DNA from: a virus | Length of the DNA stretch: 64,000 nucleotides | Direction: 5' to 3' (one strand) | IMG/VR virus record: IMGVR_UViG_3300030110_004856 | Span: 17,585-81,584 of that record | Shown: positions 46,100 to 55,682 of the stretch, piece after piece | How the letters are laid out: each line of letters opens with the position of its first letter | Numbering within the stretch: the stretch's first letter is position 1 | Notes under the pieces: generated by a model | What the model saw: only the letters and a program-made list of their open reading frames with translations | Databases searched by the model: none | Told to the model about the DNA's origin: nothing | Position numbers and translations under genes: made by a program

Positions 46100-46468
46100 T
46101 CAGCGTGATCTTATTTTGACAATCAGTGAATCAAAAAGCAACGCAAATGCAGACGCTGCAATACCCATGAGTAACGACTGAGCAGGGTAAACAGAGTCCT
46201 GCAGAGCAAGACTAACAAGACCAGAGCAGGTCGTAAGAACGAACAGCAAAAATAACGAAGTCAGTAATGTCATCCTGCTAATCAGGAGACAAGTTAAAGA
46301 AAAAGCAATTGCTGCGGGTGCAGCAACCATATAAGCAATTTTCACCACAGGTGATGAAAGTTTGGTTATGGTCCCCTCGGACAAAACGAGCAGAGAACCT
46401 AACCAAATTTCGAAAAAGGTTCGGGGGAACATGTTAATTGCCCGAACCATCCCGTAGGATCTAGACAC
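46100..46468 (-). CDS. Multi-TM membrane protein (holin candidate)
   Basis: 3-4 hydrophobic helices, directly upstream of the endolysin. Confidence 0.45.
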   Translation of the reverse strand: MSRSYGMVRAINMFPRTFFEIWLGSLLVLSEGTITKLSSPVVKIAYMVAAPAAIAFSLTCLLISRMTLLTSLFLLFVLTTCSGLVSLALQDSVYPAQSLLMGIAASAFALLFDSLIVKIRSR

Positions 46469-46519
46469 AGTTGCTGAATAAAAGCTGAACGTATATTAGC
46501 TCCGTTCACCTCTTAAAAC

Positions 46520-46921
46520 TTATGCAGCTGTGTAGGTAACCCTATAAACACAAGGAGAACGATCTTTTTTCTCTACGTAGAGGTAGTTCTCGATAGAAGC
46601 ACCTACTGAGAAAGTAAAAGAAACATCCTGGCGATTAGAAATTTTAGGAGCAGTGACTTCGCCCATTACAGTGCCGTCGGTACCGCTGCGGATAAAGATT
46701 CGACCCACAGCGTGAGAGCCTGCTTGTAAAGTGACCGTACCTGTCCCTGTTGCAGAAGAGGTAACAGCGAAAAGATCAGCTCTTGGCTCAGAACCCTCAG
46801 TCGTATCTTCAGTGATGGAGTTGACAGTGATGTTTCCCCCATCCTCAGTCCGATACTGCCTAAAGCGAGTAATTCCTGCGGGGTTGGCACCAAGCTCTCG
46901 ATTAAAAGTGAATTGAGCCAC
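46520..46921 (-). CDS. Hypothetical beta-rich structural protein
   Basis: 133 aa, Thr/Ser/Gly-rich. Confidence 0.6.
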   Translation of the reverse strand: MAQFTFNRELGANPAGITRFRQYRTEDGGNITVNSITEDTTEGSEPRADLFAVTSSATGTGTVTLQAGSHAVGRIFIRSGTDGTVMGEVTAPKISNRQDVSFTFSVGASIENYLYVEKKDRSPCVYRVTYTAA

Positions 46922-47019
46922 GGCTGATAAATACTTCGATGTTTATAGTCTACCGCTTTTGGATTAATTTAATAACTAACAATTTACTGACACTCTAGAA
47001 TACGATAGAGTACTTTCCA

Positions 47020-47349
47020 ATGCGACTAATGGCTTACTCTCGCAAGAACGCTCTCATTTATCAACTCACTGAGTTTATAGAAAAATTTATGCCAGGCTTT
47101 ATTCACCGAGTGTGGGTCGAAAAAATTAGGGAATACTGCCACGAAGACTGGGCAGACTGGCGTACTGAACTGGTGATGAAAGATTTAGATAAACGCATCG
47201 AAGATCTTCACGCTCTATGGAAGATAGAGGAAGACGAAAAAAACCAACCCTTTTACAGCGAAACACCTTCAGATGGATCAGAAGCACAAAAACTTTTAGG
47301 TGGCGAAATGCGTCTTACTTCGCCTTGGACTTCCGAGCGCGAGCCTTAG
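47020..47349 (+). CDS. Hypothetical protein
   Basis: 109 aa; TAGAAT upstream. Confidence 0.6.
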   Translation: MRLMAYSRKNALIYQLTEFIEKFMPGFIHRVWVEKIREYCHEDWADWRTELVMKDLDKRIEDLHALWKIEEDEKNQPFYSETPSDGSEAQKLLGGEMRLTSPWTSEREP

Positions 47350-47461
47350 ATTTAGCTGAAGCAGCTTTACCAGACTTAACGCAATTGGGGACCATTCGGT
47401 CTCCTTTTTTCTTCATTCCTTCTTGGACGTAACCGTCCCAACAGGTTCCTTGCTTAGCCAT
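47315..47461 (-). CDS. Small basic protein with CWxGY...VPNCV motif
   Basis: Read by eye: MAKQGTCWDGYVQEGMKKKGDRMVPNCVKSGKAASAKSKARARKSKAK. Confidence 0.65.
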   Translation of the reverse strand: MAKQGTCWDGYVQEGMKKKGDRMVPNCVKSGKAASAKSKARARKSKAK

Positions 47462-47669
47462 TGTTTTTAGATGCTTTGTATGCACGAGCTTTTTTGCCAG
47501 CTCGTTTAGCTTTTTCAGTGTTGGCTACGTGAGTGTTTACTGGTTTACCTCGTGTAGCCGCCTTCTTTTTTTCATCAGTAGCTTTCCTTTCCTCAGCAGA
47601 CATTGAGGCCCACGCTGATTTGGGCAGGTAACGCTCAGTGCGTCCTTTTTCTCTTGCTTTATCGGCCAT
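47454..47669 (-). CDS. DUF5872-like protein, C-terminal half
   Basis: 'TERYLPKSAWASMSAEERKATDEKKK...HVANTEKAK'. Confidence 0.65.
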   Translation of the reverse strand: MADKAREKGRTERYLPKSAWASMSAEERKATDEKKKAATRGKPVNTHVANTEKAKRAGKKARAYKASKNNG

Positions 47670-48225
47670 AACCTCCCAAAGATTTTTTAAGTATCTCAAG
47701 TCTATTTGCTTGGCTTCTGTGTGTCTGAGACGCTTTGTCTAATTGACTAACAATTTCTGTCAGCTCGTTTTCAGTTTCGGTCTCAGGCATCGTTTGTCTT
47801 GCCTGATCACGAATAGGTCCACCAAAAAGCCAAGCGTCACAAGTTCTACTCCCCGCACACTTAAATTTGAACAACTGACAATACCCAAGATCAGCTAGTT
47901 CCATAACTTCCCTGGGGTCAGCTGCTTTGGTTTCGTTGATTCCTTTTTCAATGCAACCAAGAATCACATCTGACTGATCAAACGCAGCGCAGTTACCGCA
48001 TCTTGCGGTCTTTACAGTATCTAGGTCAGTATTCCACAGCTCCGCTTTTTCTTCCCAAAAATTCGGATCAGGAACAGCAGGGTTGAGTGGACCGTATCCG
48101 TAGTTTTTGATTGTCCAATCTCTGTTTTTTATGTTGTCCTCAATGTCCACAGTGGCAAGGGGACACGCACCGTTTACTTCGGTGATCTTTTTATCAAGAA
48201 GCAGTTTGCTTTTAAGTTCAGTCAT
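47659..48225 (-). CDS. Cys-rich hypothetical protein
   Basis: 'CPLAT', 'YGPLNP', 'RCGNCAAFD', 'GYCQLFKFKCAGSRTCDAW'. Confidence 0.7.
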   Translation of the reverse strand: MTELKSKLLLDKKITEVNGACPLATVDIEDNIKNRDWTIKNYGYGPLNPAVPDPNFWEEKAELWNTDLDTVKTARCGNCAAFDQSDVILGCIEKGINETKAADPREVMELADLGYCQLFKFKCAGSRTCDAWLFGGPIRDQARQTMPETETENELTEIVSQLDKASQTHRSQANRLEILKKSLGGYGR

Positions 48226-48229
48226 GGAG

Positions 48230-48454
48230 TTACTTTTTCTTCTCGTACTCTTCACGAGTTTGCCAGTCCTCTTTGCCCCACTTAGAAAGTTTGTTTTCAC
48301 TTGACTTTTTACCTTCGTATTTTCCGCCCATATCTTTATAGTATTTAGTCGCTAATTGCATAGCTCGTGCAGAGTGACCACCCATTTTTTTGCGGGCTTT
48401 AGCTTTTGCTCTAGCCCACTTTTCAGGGTGTTTTTTCTTTGCAGTTTCAGCCAT
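48230..48454 (-). CDS. DUF5872-like protein, N-terminal half
   Basis: 'SARAMQLATKYYKDMGGKY...LSKWGKEDWQT'. Confidence 0.65.
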   Translation of the reverse strand: MAETAKKKHPEKWARAKAKARKKMGGHSARAMQLATKYYKDMGGKYEGKKSSENKLSKWGKEDWQTREEYEKKK

Positions 48455-48469
48455 AGAAACTATGTCTGC

Positions 48470-48688
48470 CTAGCGGTCAGAGCGACTCTTTTTATACTTC
48501 CTCACTTTAGCTAACGTTTTAGCTAAGTTTGCCTGCTTTTCAGTTTTAGCAGGGTATTCGTCTTTGTTAGCTAAAACGTGATTAGCGAACTCAGAGGTAG
48601 ACATGTCAGCTCGATCTGCTTTAGCAGAGAACTTGCCTTCGTCTTTTTTCCCGATGGCTTTTTGAATCCAGTCGTTAGCCACGCTCAA
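48470..48688 (-). CDS. Small basic protein
   Basis: 'WIQKAI...G.F...QANLAKTL'. Confidence 0.65.
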   Translation of the reverse strand: MSVANDWIQKAIGKKDEGKFSAKADRADMSTSEFANHVLANKDEYPAKTEKQANLAKTLAKVRKYKKSRSDR

Positions 48689-48981
48689 AGCCTCCCTGAG
48701 GTGTTGCGCTCGTCCTTACCATCGCGTGAAGGTGCTTCACCCTTACGCTCCTTCTCACGCTCAATCTTATATTTCTTTGCGCGAGTTTTGGCTCTGGTTG
48801 CCTTAGACATCTCTGCCCTACGCTTACCTTTCTCTGTACTCTCGTAAGTACCTTTCTTCAAATCACCAGACTTCTGCAGAGTACTAACTGCAATAGCGTA
48901 AGCAGAATCCTTCGACATCTTGGGATTCTCTTCGCGGATACTATGCACCGCCTTTGAGAGGATATCGTGCTTATCTGCCAT
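48685..48981 (-). CDS. Small basic protein
   Basis: 'SKDSAYAIAVSTLQKSG.LK.G...TEKG'. Confidence 0.65.
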   Translation of the reverse strand: MADKHDILSKAVHSIREENPKMSKDSAYAIAVSTLQKSGDLKKGTYESTEKGKRRAEMSKATRAKTRAKKYKIEREKERKGEAPSRDGKDERNTSGRL

Positions 48982-49024
48982 TACTAAGTGGAGCTAGAGT
49001 AGTTTTATTCTACCTGAAAATCTG

Positions 49025-49201
49025 ATGTCGTTTATTTTCAACAACTGGTCCGAGATTGTCGGAGTCGCAGGTGCAGCTCACTTGGTAGCTTTGGCAATCG
49101 TGAACCTCACGCCCACGCCAGCCGATAACGAAGCCTATGCTCGTTTCTACAAAGTAGTTGAGAAGATGGCTGGTCTCTTCACGAAAGTGTCGAAGCAGTA
49201 A
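49025..49201 (+). CDS. Small holin-like membrane protein
   Basis: MSFIFNNWSEIVGVAGAAHLVALAIVNLTPTPADNEAYARFYKVVEKMAGL...; TM helix plus a TPTPxD motif seen in small phage holin-like proteins. Confidence 0.55.
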   Translation: MSFIFNNWSEIVGVAGAAHLVALAIVNLTPTPADNEAYARFYKVVEKMAGLFTKVSKQ

Positions 49202-49586
49202 GTGCTTTGTCAGGTGAAGGGGGTGGACTGAAAACCACCCCTATAACCTTGACTGAGACGAATCGATCATGGTCAGCATACTGCCATTGAAAGATTTTAA
49301 GCTCAAATTCCCCGGAATAAAATTTCTGCTGTCTGTACCAAGTAAACCAGTCCTCGTCAGATTTACGGAGGTTACAAGGTCCACAGCATGCAACTAAGTT
49401 GTGTCTTCTAGTGGCACCTCCCTTACTCTTTGCCTGGATGTGATCGAGGGTATAAGCCTCATCACTTCCGCAGTAGGCACACTGGTTGTTCCAAGAGTCT
49501 TTTATATCCTTTCTGAATTTCTTCCGGGCAGTACTCTTGCACAAACACTCAAGAGAAGAGATGAGTTCCTGCTCGGAATCAACCAT
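49179..49586 (-). CDS. HNH endonuclease (McrA-like)
   Basis: 'CAYCG...TLDHI...GG....NLVACCGPCNLRK'. Confidence 0.88.
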   Translation of the reverse strand: MVDSEQELISSLECLCKSTARKKFRKDIKDSWNNQCAYCGSDEAYTLDHIQAKSKGGATRRHNLVACCGPCNLRKSDEDWFTWYRQQKFYSGEFELKIFQWQYADHDRFVSVKVIGVVFSPPPSPDKALTASTLS

Positions 49587-49666
49587 TCAGTATGTCTTGC
49601 CTACCCAAGTCTAAACGGCGTAAAATAAATACGCTTAATTATCCAATTATTTTAAAAGATCAAGAT

Positions 49667-51520
49667 TTAAATAGTATCAAGAATAAGAAGACCAGAGGGG
49701 GACACTGCTTTAGCAACGGGAGCCCAAGAGTAAGATCCAGCAGACCAATTATCAGCCTGCCCTGAGGTTGTTGTAAAACCACTTGCAGTCGGATCAACGT
49801 AGTAAAAATAACCAGTTAACAAGCCAGTATTGCTGTAGTCAATCGATCTCGGTGCGTTAACTGTTACAAGGTCACCACTCGCAACGGTGGACTGAGCACT
49901 TCCGATAAAGTTATTGACTGAGTTTAAGGTCGGGAATACAGACGCCCCTACCGAACCCACCACGGCTTCTCCGTCTTGATTGCTGTCGTTTGTGTAGCTA
50001 ACGACAACTCGTTGATTAGAAGAATCGTAAACGCAACCTATATAATTAACAACAACAGAACTAAATGCACTAGAAGGACCAAAACTAATAGTTAAATCAT
50101 CAACAGTACCCACTACCGCTGATCCGTAACTACTGTTAGTGAAATCTTTATAAGCAAGCACTACCTGATTAAGAGTTGAGTCATAAGCGGCACGATTATA
50201 AAAAGCTCGACCATTTAGAAACTCAACAACAGAACCAAATGTTATGGTTGTGCCAGAAATTGAACCTACAACCGCATGACCTTTAGTAAGCCCAGTATAA
50301 GCATAATAAGCAATCACTAATCTCTGATTAGAAGTGTCGTAGGCGACCCCAAAGTCTTGACTGTATACACTAGAAAAAGTCACCGCACTACCAGGAAAAG
50401 ATATGCTTGTACCTGATACGGTGCCCGCAATTGCTATACCGTAATCAGAACCACCGTCATCTTGGAAAACAACAACTACTACGTTGTTGTCAGGGTCAAA
50501 CACGGCCTCGAGGTAATTAACAGCTACAGTTCTAAAAACTGTTGAACCCCCAAAACTAATAGATGTCCCTGTAACAGTGCCTACTTTGGCAGTGCCATAA
50601 TTACTGTTATTTGTATCTTCGTAAACTACGACAACTTTTTGATTAAAGGAGTCATATGTAATGTTCGCTTTGTTAGTTACGAACGAATTGAAGTCTGTAG
50701 AACTGCCCCACGAACTCGTGGTACCAGTAATTGTCCCCACCCTTGCAGCACCGTAGGCAACACCACCAGCATCCCGTGTGTAGCAAACAACTACTTTACT
50801 ATTAGCAGTATCGTAAGTTATACCACGAGGAATACCCCATGCAGAATCAACAACAACTGGAGAGCTAGGAAAAGAAATAGTTGAACCGGATACTTCACCT
50901 ACATTCGCAGTGAGGTAGTTACTATTATTTTGGTCACTATAAGCAATTACGATCTTATTACCAGAAGAGTCGTAAGTTGATACACCATACTGATCATTTC
51001 CACCACCGTAAGTAACAGCAGTGCCAAAAGACCTTGCTGTTGAGTCAGTTTGGGAGACCACAGCGCTAACCCTTCCGTTATCGTCCAACCCAACAGGATT
51101 CCCTGCCTGAATAACACTAGAAGCAGTAAGGATAACGGAACTACTTCCTGCAAAATCAACAGCCGCTGTCAGAGCAGCGTTACCAGAAGCAAGTGCAGTA
51201 TTTGCATCGGCTAAGCCTGCCACACCGCTGGCTAGAGCGGGAACTGCATCAACTAAGGCAGCATTACCTGAAGATAAGGCAACATCAGCAGTAACAATAT
51301 CAGCACCATCCATGCCGATAGTGTCGCCAACAAAAATTACGCCGCTAGGGTTCGAGGCGAGTGCAACATCAAGCCTTTTATTTCCAGTTTGTAAGTCTCC
51401 GCCGCCGACTAAACCACTACCCGGAATAAGGTTTCCGAGTTCACCACCTTCAACTTGAACACCCGGAGGCAGCTGGCTGAGCGCTCCGTCTATGTAAATA
51501 AGAGGGAGTTTCTCAGCCAT
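49667..51520 (-). CDS. Fibre/decoration protein with 7-repeat beta-propeller (paralog 1)
   Basis: ALASGNAAL stalk repeats, seven ~52 aa YDS..N.VVxAY repeats, C-terminal 'NNFIG...YYVDPT' domain. Confidence 0.75.
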   Translation of the reverse strand: MAEKLPLIYIDGALSQLPPGVQVEGGELGNLIPGSGLVGGGDLQTGNKRLDVALASNPSGVIFVGDTIGMDGADIVTADVALSSGNAALVDAVPALASGVAGLADANTALASGNAALTAAVDFAGSSSVILTASSVIQAGNPVGLDDNGRVSAVVSQTDSTARSFGTAVTYGGGNDQYGVSTYDSSGNKIVIAYSDQNNSNYLTANVGEVSGSTISFPSSPVVVDSAWGIPRGITYDTANSKVVVCYTRDAGGVAYGAARVGTITGTTSSWGSSTDFNSFVTNKANITYDSFNQKVVVVYEDTNNSNYGTAKVGTVTGTSISFGGSTVFRTVAVNYLEAVFDPDNNVVVVVFQDDGGSDYGIAIAGTVSGTSISFPGSAVTFSSVYSQDFGVAYDTSNQRLVIAYYAYTGLTKGHAVVGSISGTTITFGSVVEFLNGRAFYNRAAYDSTLNQVVLAYKDFTNSSYGSAVVGTVDDLTISFGPSSAFSSVVVNYIGCVYDSSNQRVVVSYTNDSNQDGEAVVGSVGASVFPTLNSVNNFIGSAQSTVASGDLVTVNAPRSIDYSNTGLLTGYFYYVDPTASGFTTTSGQADNWSAGSYSWAPVAKAVSPSGLLILDTI

Positions 51521-51557
51521 TAATACTACCTAGTTACTTTTATTTTATCGGATAAAC

Positions 51558-51917
51558 TTACTCTGGAAGCCCCGATTCGCTTGATTCAGAATCTGCAGAG
51601 TCTGTTGCAAAAGGTGGGTTAGGTGGAACAGCAAGACGAGGATCAACCCAGTTCGGATTCAAAACCCAACCGTCGTCAGTTGTGTAAAGATACTTCCAAC
51701 CATACCAGTTGCCCGGATCAGTAACGCCTTCGTGAAGCACTACATTACTTGAGTTGCAATCCATGATGATGACATCAGGTTTGCTGGGATCGCCGATGAC
51801 GGTTTTGTCGGATTCAATAAGAACCTGTTTATCGTCCTCAATGAGGTAGATACTGACATTAGGTCCGTCTGTAAAATCCGGCAGTCGGCAGATTGTTTTC
51901 ATGGAAATAAGACTCAC
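51558..51917 (-). CDS. Hypothetical protein (fibre-associated)
   Basis: 'WYGWKYLY...WVLNPNWVDP'; lies between fibre genes. Confidence 0.6.
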   Translation of the reverse strand: MSLISMKTICRLPDFTDGPNVSIYLIEDDKQVLIESDKTVIGDPSKPDVIIMDCNSSNVVLHEGVTDPGNWYGWKYLYTTDDGWVLNPNWVDPRLAVPPNPPFATDSADSESSESGLPE

Positions 51918-51934
51918 TTAACAACTATACAGAC

Positions 51935-53782
51935 TCACACGCTATCAGTCAGGTACAACTCAGTAGAAGATACCGCTCTTCCTATTGTTTGCCACGCTGT
52001 TCCGCCTGACCAATCTGCAGGAGCAGTACTAGAGGTTGTAATACCACTAGAAGTGGGATCAACGTAGTACCCAGAACCCACAACCAAACCAGTGTACATG
52101 GTCTGTACTGTACCCGGAAGTCCCACGGTCACAGCAGAGCCACTAGCGGCAACAGTTTTTGCGACACCGATAAAGTTGTTTAGAGAAGAAACTTTGGGCA
52201 CAATTGAAGAGCCGGGGGAGCCCACCACAGCAGTACCGTAACTTCCGTTTCCGACATCTCTGTAAGCTATAACAACTCTATCGTCTGTAGAGTTATAGGT
52301 AGCGGATATGTAGCCAGAATCAGCTGCTTCAAAAACCACTGCAGTGCCGAAGGATATAGTAGTACCAGAAACAGTACCGACAATCGCAGTACCATAACTT
52401 GAGTTTGAGCCGTCTTCATAAGCTATAACAACTTTATCGCTTGTGGAGTCGTAAATAGCGCTAATAAAGTTAGTAACACCAGTTTCAAAAACAACTGCAG
52501 TACCGAACGATATAGAAGTACCAGTAACACTACCGACGATTGCAGTACCGTACAAGTTCCAGCCATCTCTGTAAGCTATTACGACTCGCTCTTCTTTGGA
52601 ATCGTAGGTAGCGGATTGATGTGTAACTTGTTGACTTACATAAACAACTGGAGTACCGAATGAAATAGATGTACCAGAAACAGTACCAACAACTGCAGTA
52701 CCGTAATCTGAGTTTCCGGCATCTCTGTAAGCTATTACGACTCGGTCAATTGTGGAGTCGTAGGTAGTACTAATTTGATAAGTAGCGGCTGATTCGAAAA
52801 CAACTTCACTACCGAATGAAATAGATGTTCCAGAAATAGTGCCGACGACAGCTGTTCCATTATCAGAGTTGCTACCATCCGTATAAGCAACAACCACCTT
52901 GTTACTAGTGGAGTCAAATACTGCTGAAATGTTTTCACAAAATTGGCTTCTAAAAATAGTTGCACTACCGAATGAAATAGAGGTACCGGAAACAGTGCCA
53001 ACAATCCCGAAACCGGGATAATTAGGGGCGCTTTGCTGTCTATAAAAAATACCTACTTTATTATTAGTAGAGTCGTATACTGTTGAAACAAATCTAACTT
53101 CAGTAGATTCAAAAACAACTGGAGTACCGAATGAAATAGAGGTACCAGAAACAGTGCCGACAACTGCAGTACCGTAATTTGAGTTTCCGTCGTCTGCGTA
53201 AGCTATGACAACTCGATTATTTGAAGAGTCGTAGGTAGTGGAAATGTACTCAGAGTTAGCAGTTTCAAAAACAACTGGTGTTCCGTAAGATCTAGTAGCT
53301 CCATCAGTAACAGTAGTAATAGGTCTAACTTTACCTAAATCATCTAAACCAACAGAATTACCCACAGCTACAGTGCTTGAGGCTGTAAATTCTGCCTCCA
53401 GACCTCCCGGTGTAGCAGAGATCGCTTCAAGTGCAGCATTTCCACTTGCTAAAGCAGTTTGAGCAAGAGCAATAGACGCATTACCACTTGCCAAAGCAGT
53501 AGAAGCAACTCCGATAGCCTGGTTTCCACTTGCGAGTGCAGCTTCTCCAAGACGTAGCGCTACACCGTCGTCACCCAGCTTATTACCGACAAAGATCAGA
53601 CCGCTCGGATTCGGAGCGATCGACACATCAATCTCAACATCTTCACCTAAATTCCCTCCTCCACTATCGTCTAGACCACTGCCTGCGATTAGAGTTCCTG
53701 GTGATGCACCAATTAGCGTGTCACCAGGAGGCAGCTCAGTCCGAAGGCCGCTAATCGAAACAACAGGACGCCGCGCTACCAT
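51935..53782 (-). CDS. Fibre/decoration protein with 7-repeat beta-propeller (paralog 2)
   Basis: Same architecture; 'GTAVVGTVSGTSISFGTPVVF' repeats. Confidence 0.75.
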   Translation of the reverse strand: MVARRPVVSISGLRTELPPGDTLIGASPGTLIAGSGLDDSGGGNLGEDVEIDVSIAPNPSGLIFVGNKLGDDGVALRLGEAALASGNQAIGVASTALASGNASIALAQTALASGNAALEAISATPGGLEAEFTASSTVAVGNSVGLDDLGKVRPITTVTDGATRSYGTPVVFETANSEYISTTYDSSNNRVVIAYADDGNSNYGTAVVGTVSGTSISFGTPVVFESTEVRFVSTVYDSTNNKVGIFYRQQSAPNYPGFGIVGTVSGTSISFGSATIFRSQFCENISAVFDSTSNKVVVAYTDGSNSDNGTAVVGTISGTSISFGSEVVFESAATYQISTTYDSTIDRVVIAYRDAGNSDYGTAVVGTVSGTSISFGTPVVYVSQQVTHQSATYDSKEERVVIAYRDGWNLYGTAIVGSVTGTSISFGTAVVFETGVTNFISAIYDSTSDKVVIAYEDGSNSSYGTAIVGTVSGTTISFGTAVVFEAADSGYISATYNSTDDRVVIAYRDVGNGSYGTAVVGSPGSSIVPKVSSLNNFIGVAKTVAASGSAVTVGLPGTVQTMYTGLVVGSGYYVDPTSSGITTSSTAPADWSGGTAWQTIGRAVSSTELYLTDSV

Positions 53783-53816
53783 AATTTTGTGACCTTTAAA
53801 TCCACTTTAGCCTGGG

Positions 53817-55658
53817 TCAGATTGACTTGAGCAACATCAAACCGCTCGAAGTAACGGCGCGACCGATATAGTTCCAAGGAACTTGACCCTCCCAACCTCC
53901 CGGTGTACCTGATGTTGTTGTAACACCACTAGTTGTTGGATCTACATAATAAAACTCGCCAGTTGTTAGACCTGCTGTTGGGTCTGTGTACAAACTTCCA
54001 GGTAAAGTCACGAGGCAAGGAGAACCACTGGCCACGGTGGATTGAGATATACCGATAAAGTTGTTTTTAGAAGAAAGTGTGGGTAACGTAGATTCTCCAG
54101 GGGAGCCAACTTGAGAAGTACCGTATCGGGAGTTTCCGTCGTCTCTGTAAGAGATAACTACTCGATCGTTTGTAGGGTCGTAAACAGAGGAAGGAAAATA
54201 AGTACTTGCCGCATTCACAACAACTGGAGAACCAAATGAAATAGATGTACCAGAAACAGTACCAATAATTGCAGTAAGGTACCCAGAGTTTGCTCTGTAA
54301 GAAACAATTACTTTATTGTTAGTAGAATCAAAAACGGTTGCTGTATATTGAAGGGAATTTGAGTCGAATTCTGCTTCAGTACCAAAAGAAATAGATGTTC
54401 CAGAAACAGTGCCTACAATGGCAGAACCGGTGTTACCGTCGTCGGAGTAAGCTATGACGACTTTATCATTAGAAGAGTCGAAACAAGGGTAAGCATACGA
54501 AGTATCACCAGAACTATTAAAAACAACTGCAGTACCAAACGAAATAGATGTACCCGAAACAGTACCAACGATTGCAGTACCGTAACCTGAGTTCCCGTTA
54601 TCCCTGTAAACAAGCACTATTTTATCGTTTGTAGAATCGTAGGTGCTAGAAGGGAAAGAAACTCCGGATGCTTGAAAAACTACTGGAGTACCAAATGAAA
54701 TAGATGTACCAGAGATAGTGCCAACCACTGCGGTGCCATAACTTGAGTTTCCTCCATCTGTGTAACTTACAACGACTTTATTATTTGTAGAGTCGTAGGT
54801 AATAGAAGAAGCATAAGTAGCACTTGTGTTGTAAACAGCTTGAGCACCAAACGAAATAGATGTTCCTGAGACAGTACCAACTACTACACTGCCTTGCTCT
54901 GAGTTCGAACTGTCAGTGAAAGTTATGGCAATTCTATTATTTGAAGAATCGTAAGTAGAACCAGTAGTGTATACAGCAGAAGAATGAAAAACTACTGGAG
55001 TACCAAAAGAAATAGATGAACCAGATACAGTACCAACTACAACAGTACCATAACGTGAGTTTGCGTCGTCGTAGTAAGCTACAACAACTTTATTATTAGT
55101 AGAGTCGTAAGCTGTAGAAAAGTCTCCAGATTCAGCATTCTCAAAAACTACTTGTGAACCAAAAGTTCTGCTATTTCCATCAGTAACTTGAGCAATAGCA
55201 GTAACTTTACCTGCATCATCCACGCCAACAGGATTACCTGCTTGAACAACACTGGAAGCTGTAAACACAGCAGTAGGGCCGCCGCCACCAAGAGTTGGTA
55301 CTAAATCCAGAGCAGCATTACCAGATGCGAGAGCTGCTGTTCCAACAGAAAGCGCAGCGTTACCGGAGGCAAGAGCATCAACTGAGTCAGTTAAAGCTGC
55401 ATTACCCGAACTAAGTGCGGTTGTAGCGTTTACAAACGAAACGCCGTCATTACCGATGCTGTCTCCTACGTAAATAACGCCACTAGGGTTAGCTGCTATC
55501 GCAAAATCGAGCCTAGTAGCAGCTCCGATAGCGCCGCCACCGACCAGACCACTCCCAGCGATAACTTCAGTAGAAGACCCTCCGGTTTGTACCGTATCTC
55601 CCGCGAGGAGTTCGGAAACTAAACCATCTTCAGTGACTAAGGGGCGGCGGCGGACCAT
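53817..55658 (-). CDS. Fibre/decoration protein with 7-repeat beta-propeller (paralog 3)
   Basis: Same architecture. Confidence 0.75.
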   Translation of the reverse strand: MVRRRPLVTEDGLVSELLAGDTVQTGGSSTEVIAGSGLVGGGAIGAATRLDFAIAANPSGVIYVGDSIGNDGVSFVNATTALSSGNAALTDSVDALASGNAALSVGTAALASGNAALDLVPTLGGGGPTAVFTASSVVQAGNPVGVDDAGKVTAIAQVTDGNSRTFGSQVVFENAESGDFSTAYDSTNNKVVVAYYDDANSRYGTVVVGTVSGSSISFGTPVVFHSSAVYTTGSTYDSSNNRIAITFTDSSNSEQGSVVVGTVSGTSISFGAQAVYNTSATYASSITYDSTNNKVVVSYTDGGNSSYGTAVVGTISGTSISFGTPVVFQASGVSFPSSTYDSTNDKIVLVYRDNGNSGYGTAIVGTVSGTSISFGTAVVFNSSGDTSYAYPCFDSSNDKVVIAYSDDGNTGSAIVGTVSGTSISFGTEAEFDSNSLQYTATVFDSTNNKVIVSYRANSGYLTAIIGTVSGTSISFGSPVVVNAASTYFPSSVYDPTNDRVVISYRDDGNSRYGTSQVGSPGESTLPTLSSKNNFIGISQSTVASGSPCLVTLPGSLYTDPTAGLTTGEFYYVDPTTSGVTTTSGTPGGWEGQVPWNYIGRAVTSSGLMLLKSI

Positions 55659-55682
55659 TTGTAAACCTCAGTAAAACAAGAC

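Noticed and set aside
49667-55658. Diversity-generating retroelement or CRISPR array explanation for the repeats
   Set aside because: No reverse transcriptase in the window, no adenine-specific template/variable pair seen, and the repeats are in-frame coding blades rather than repeat-spacer units.
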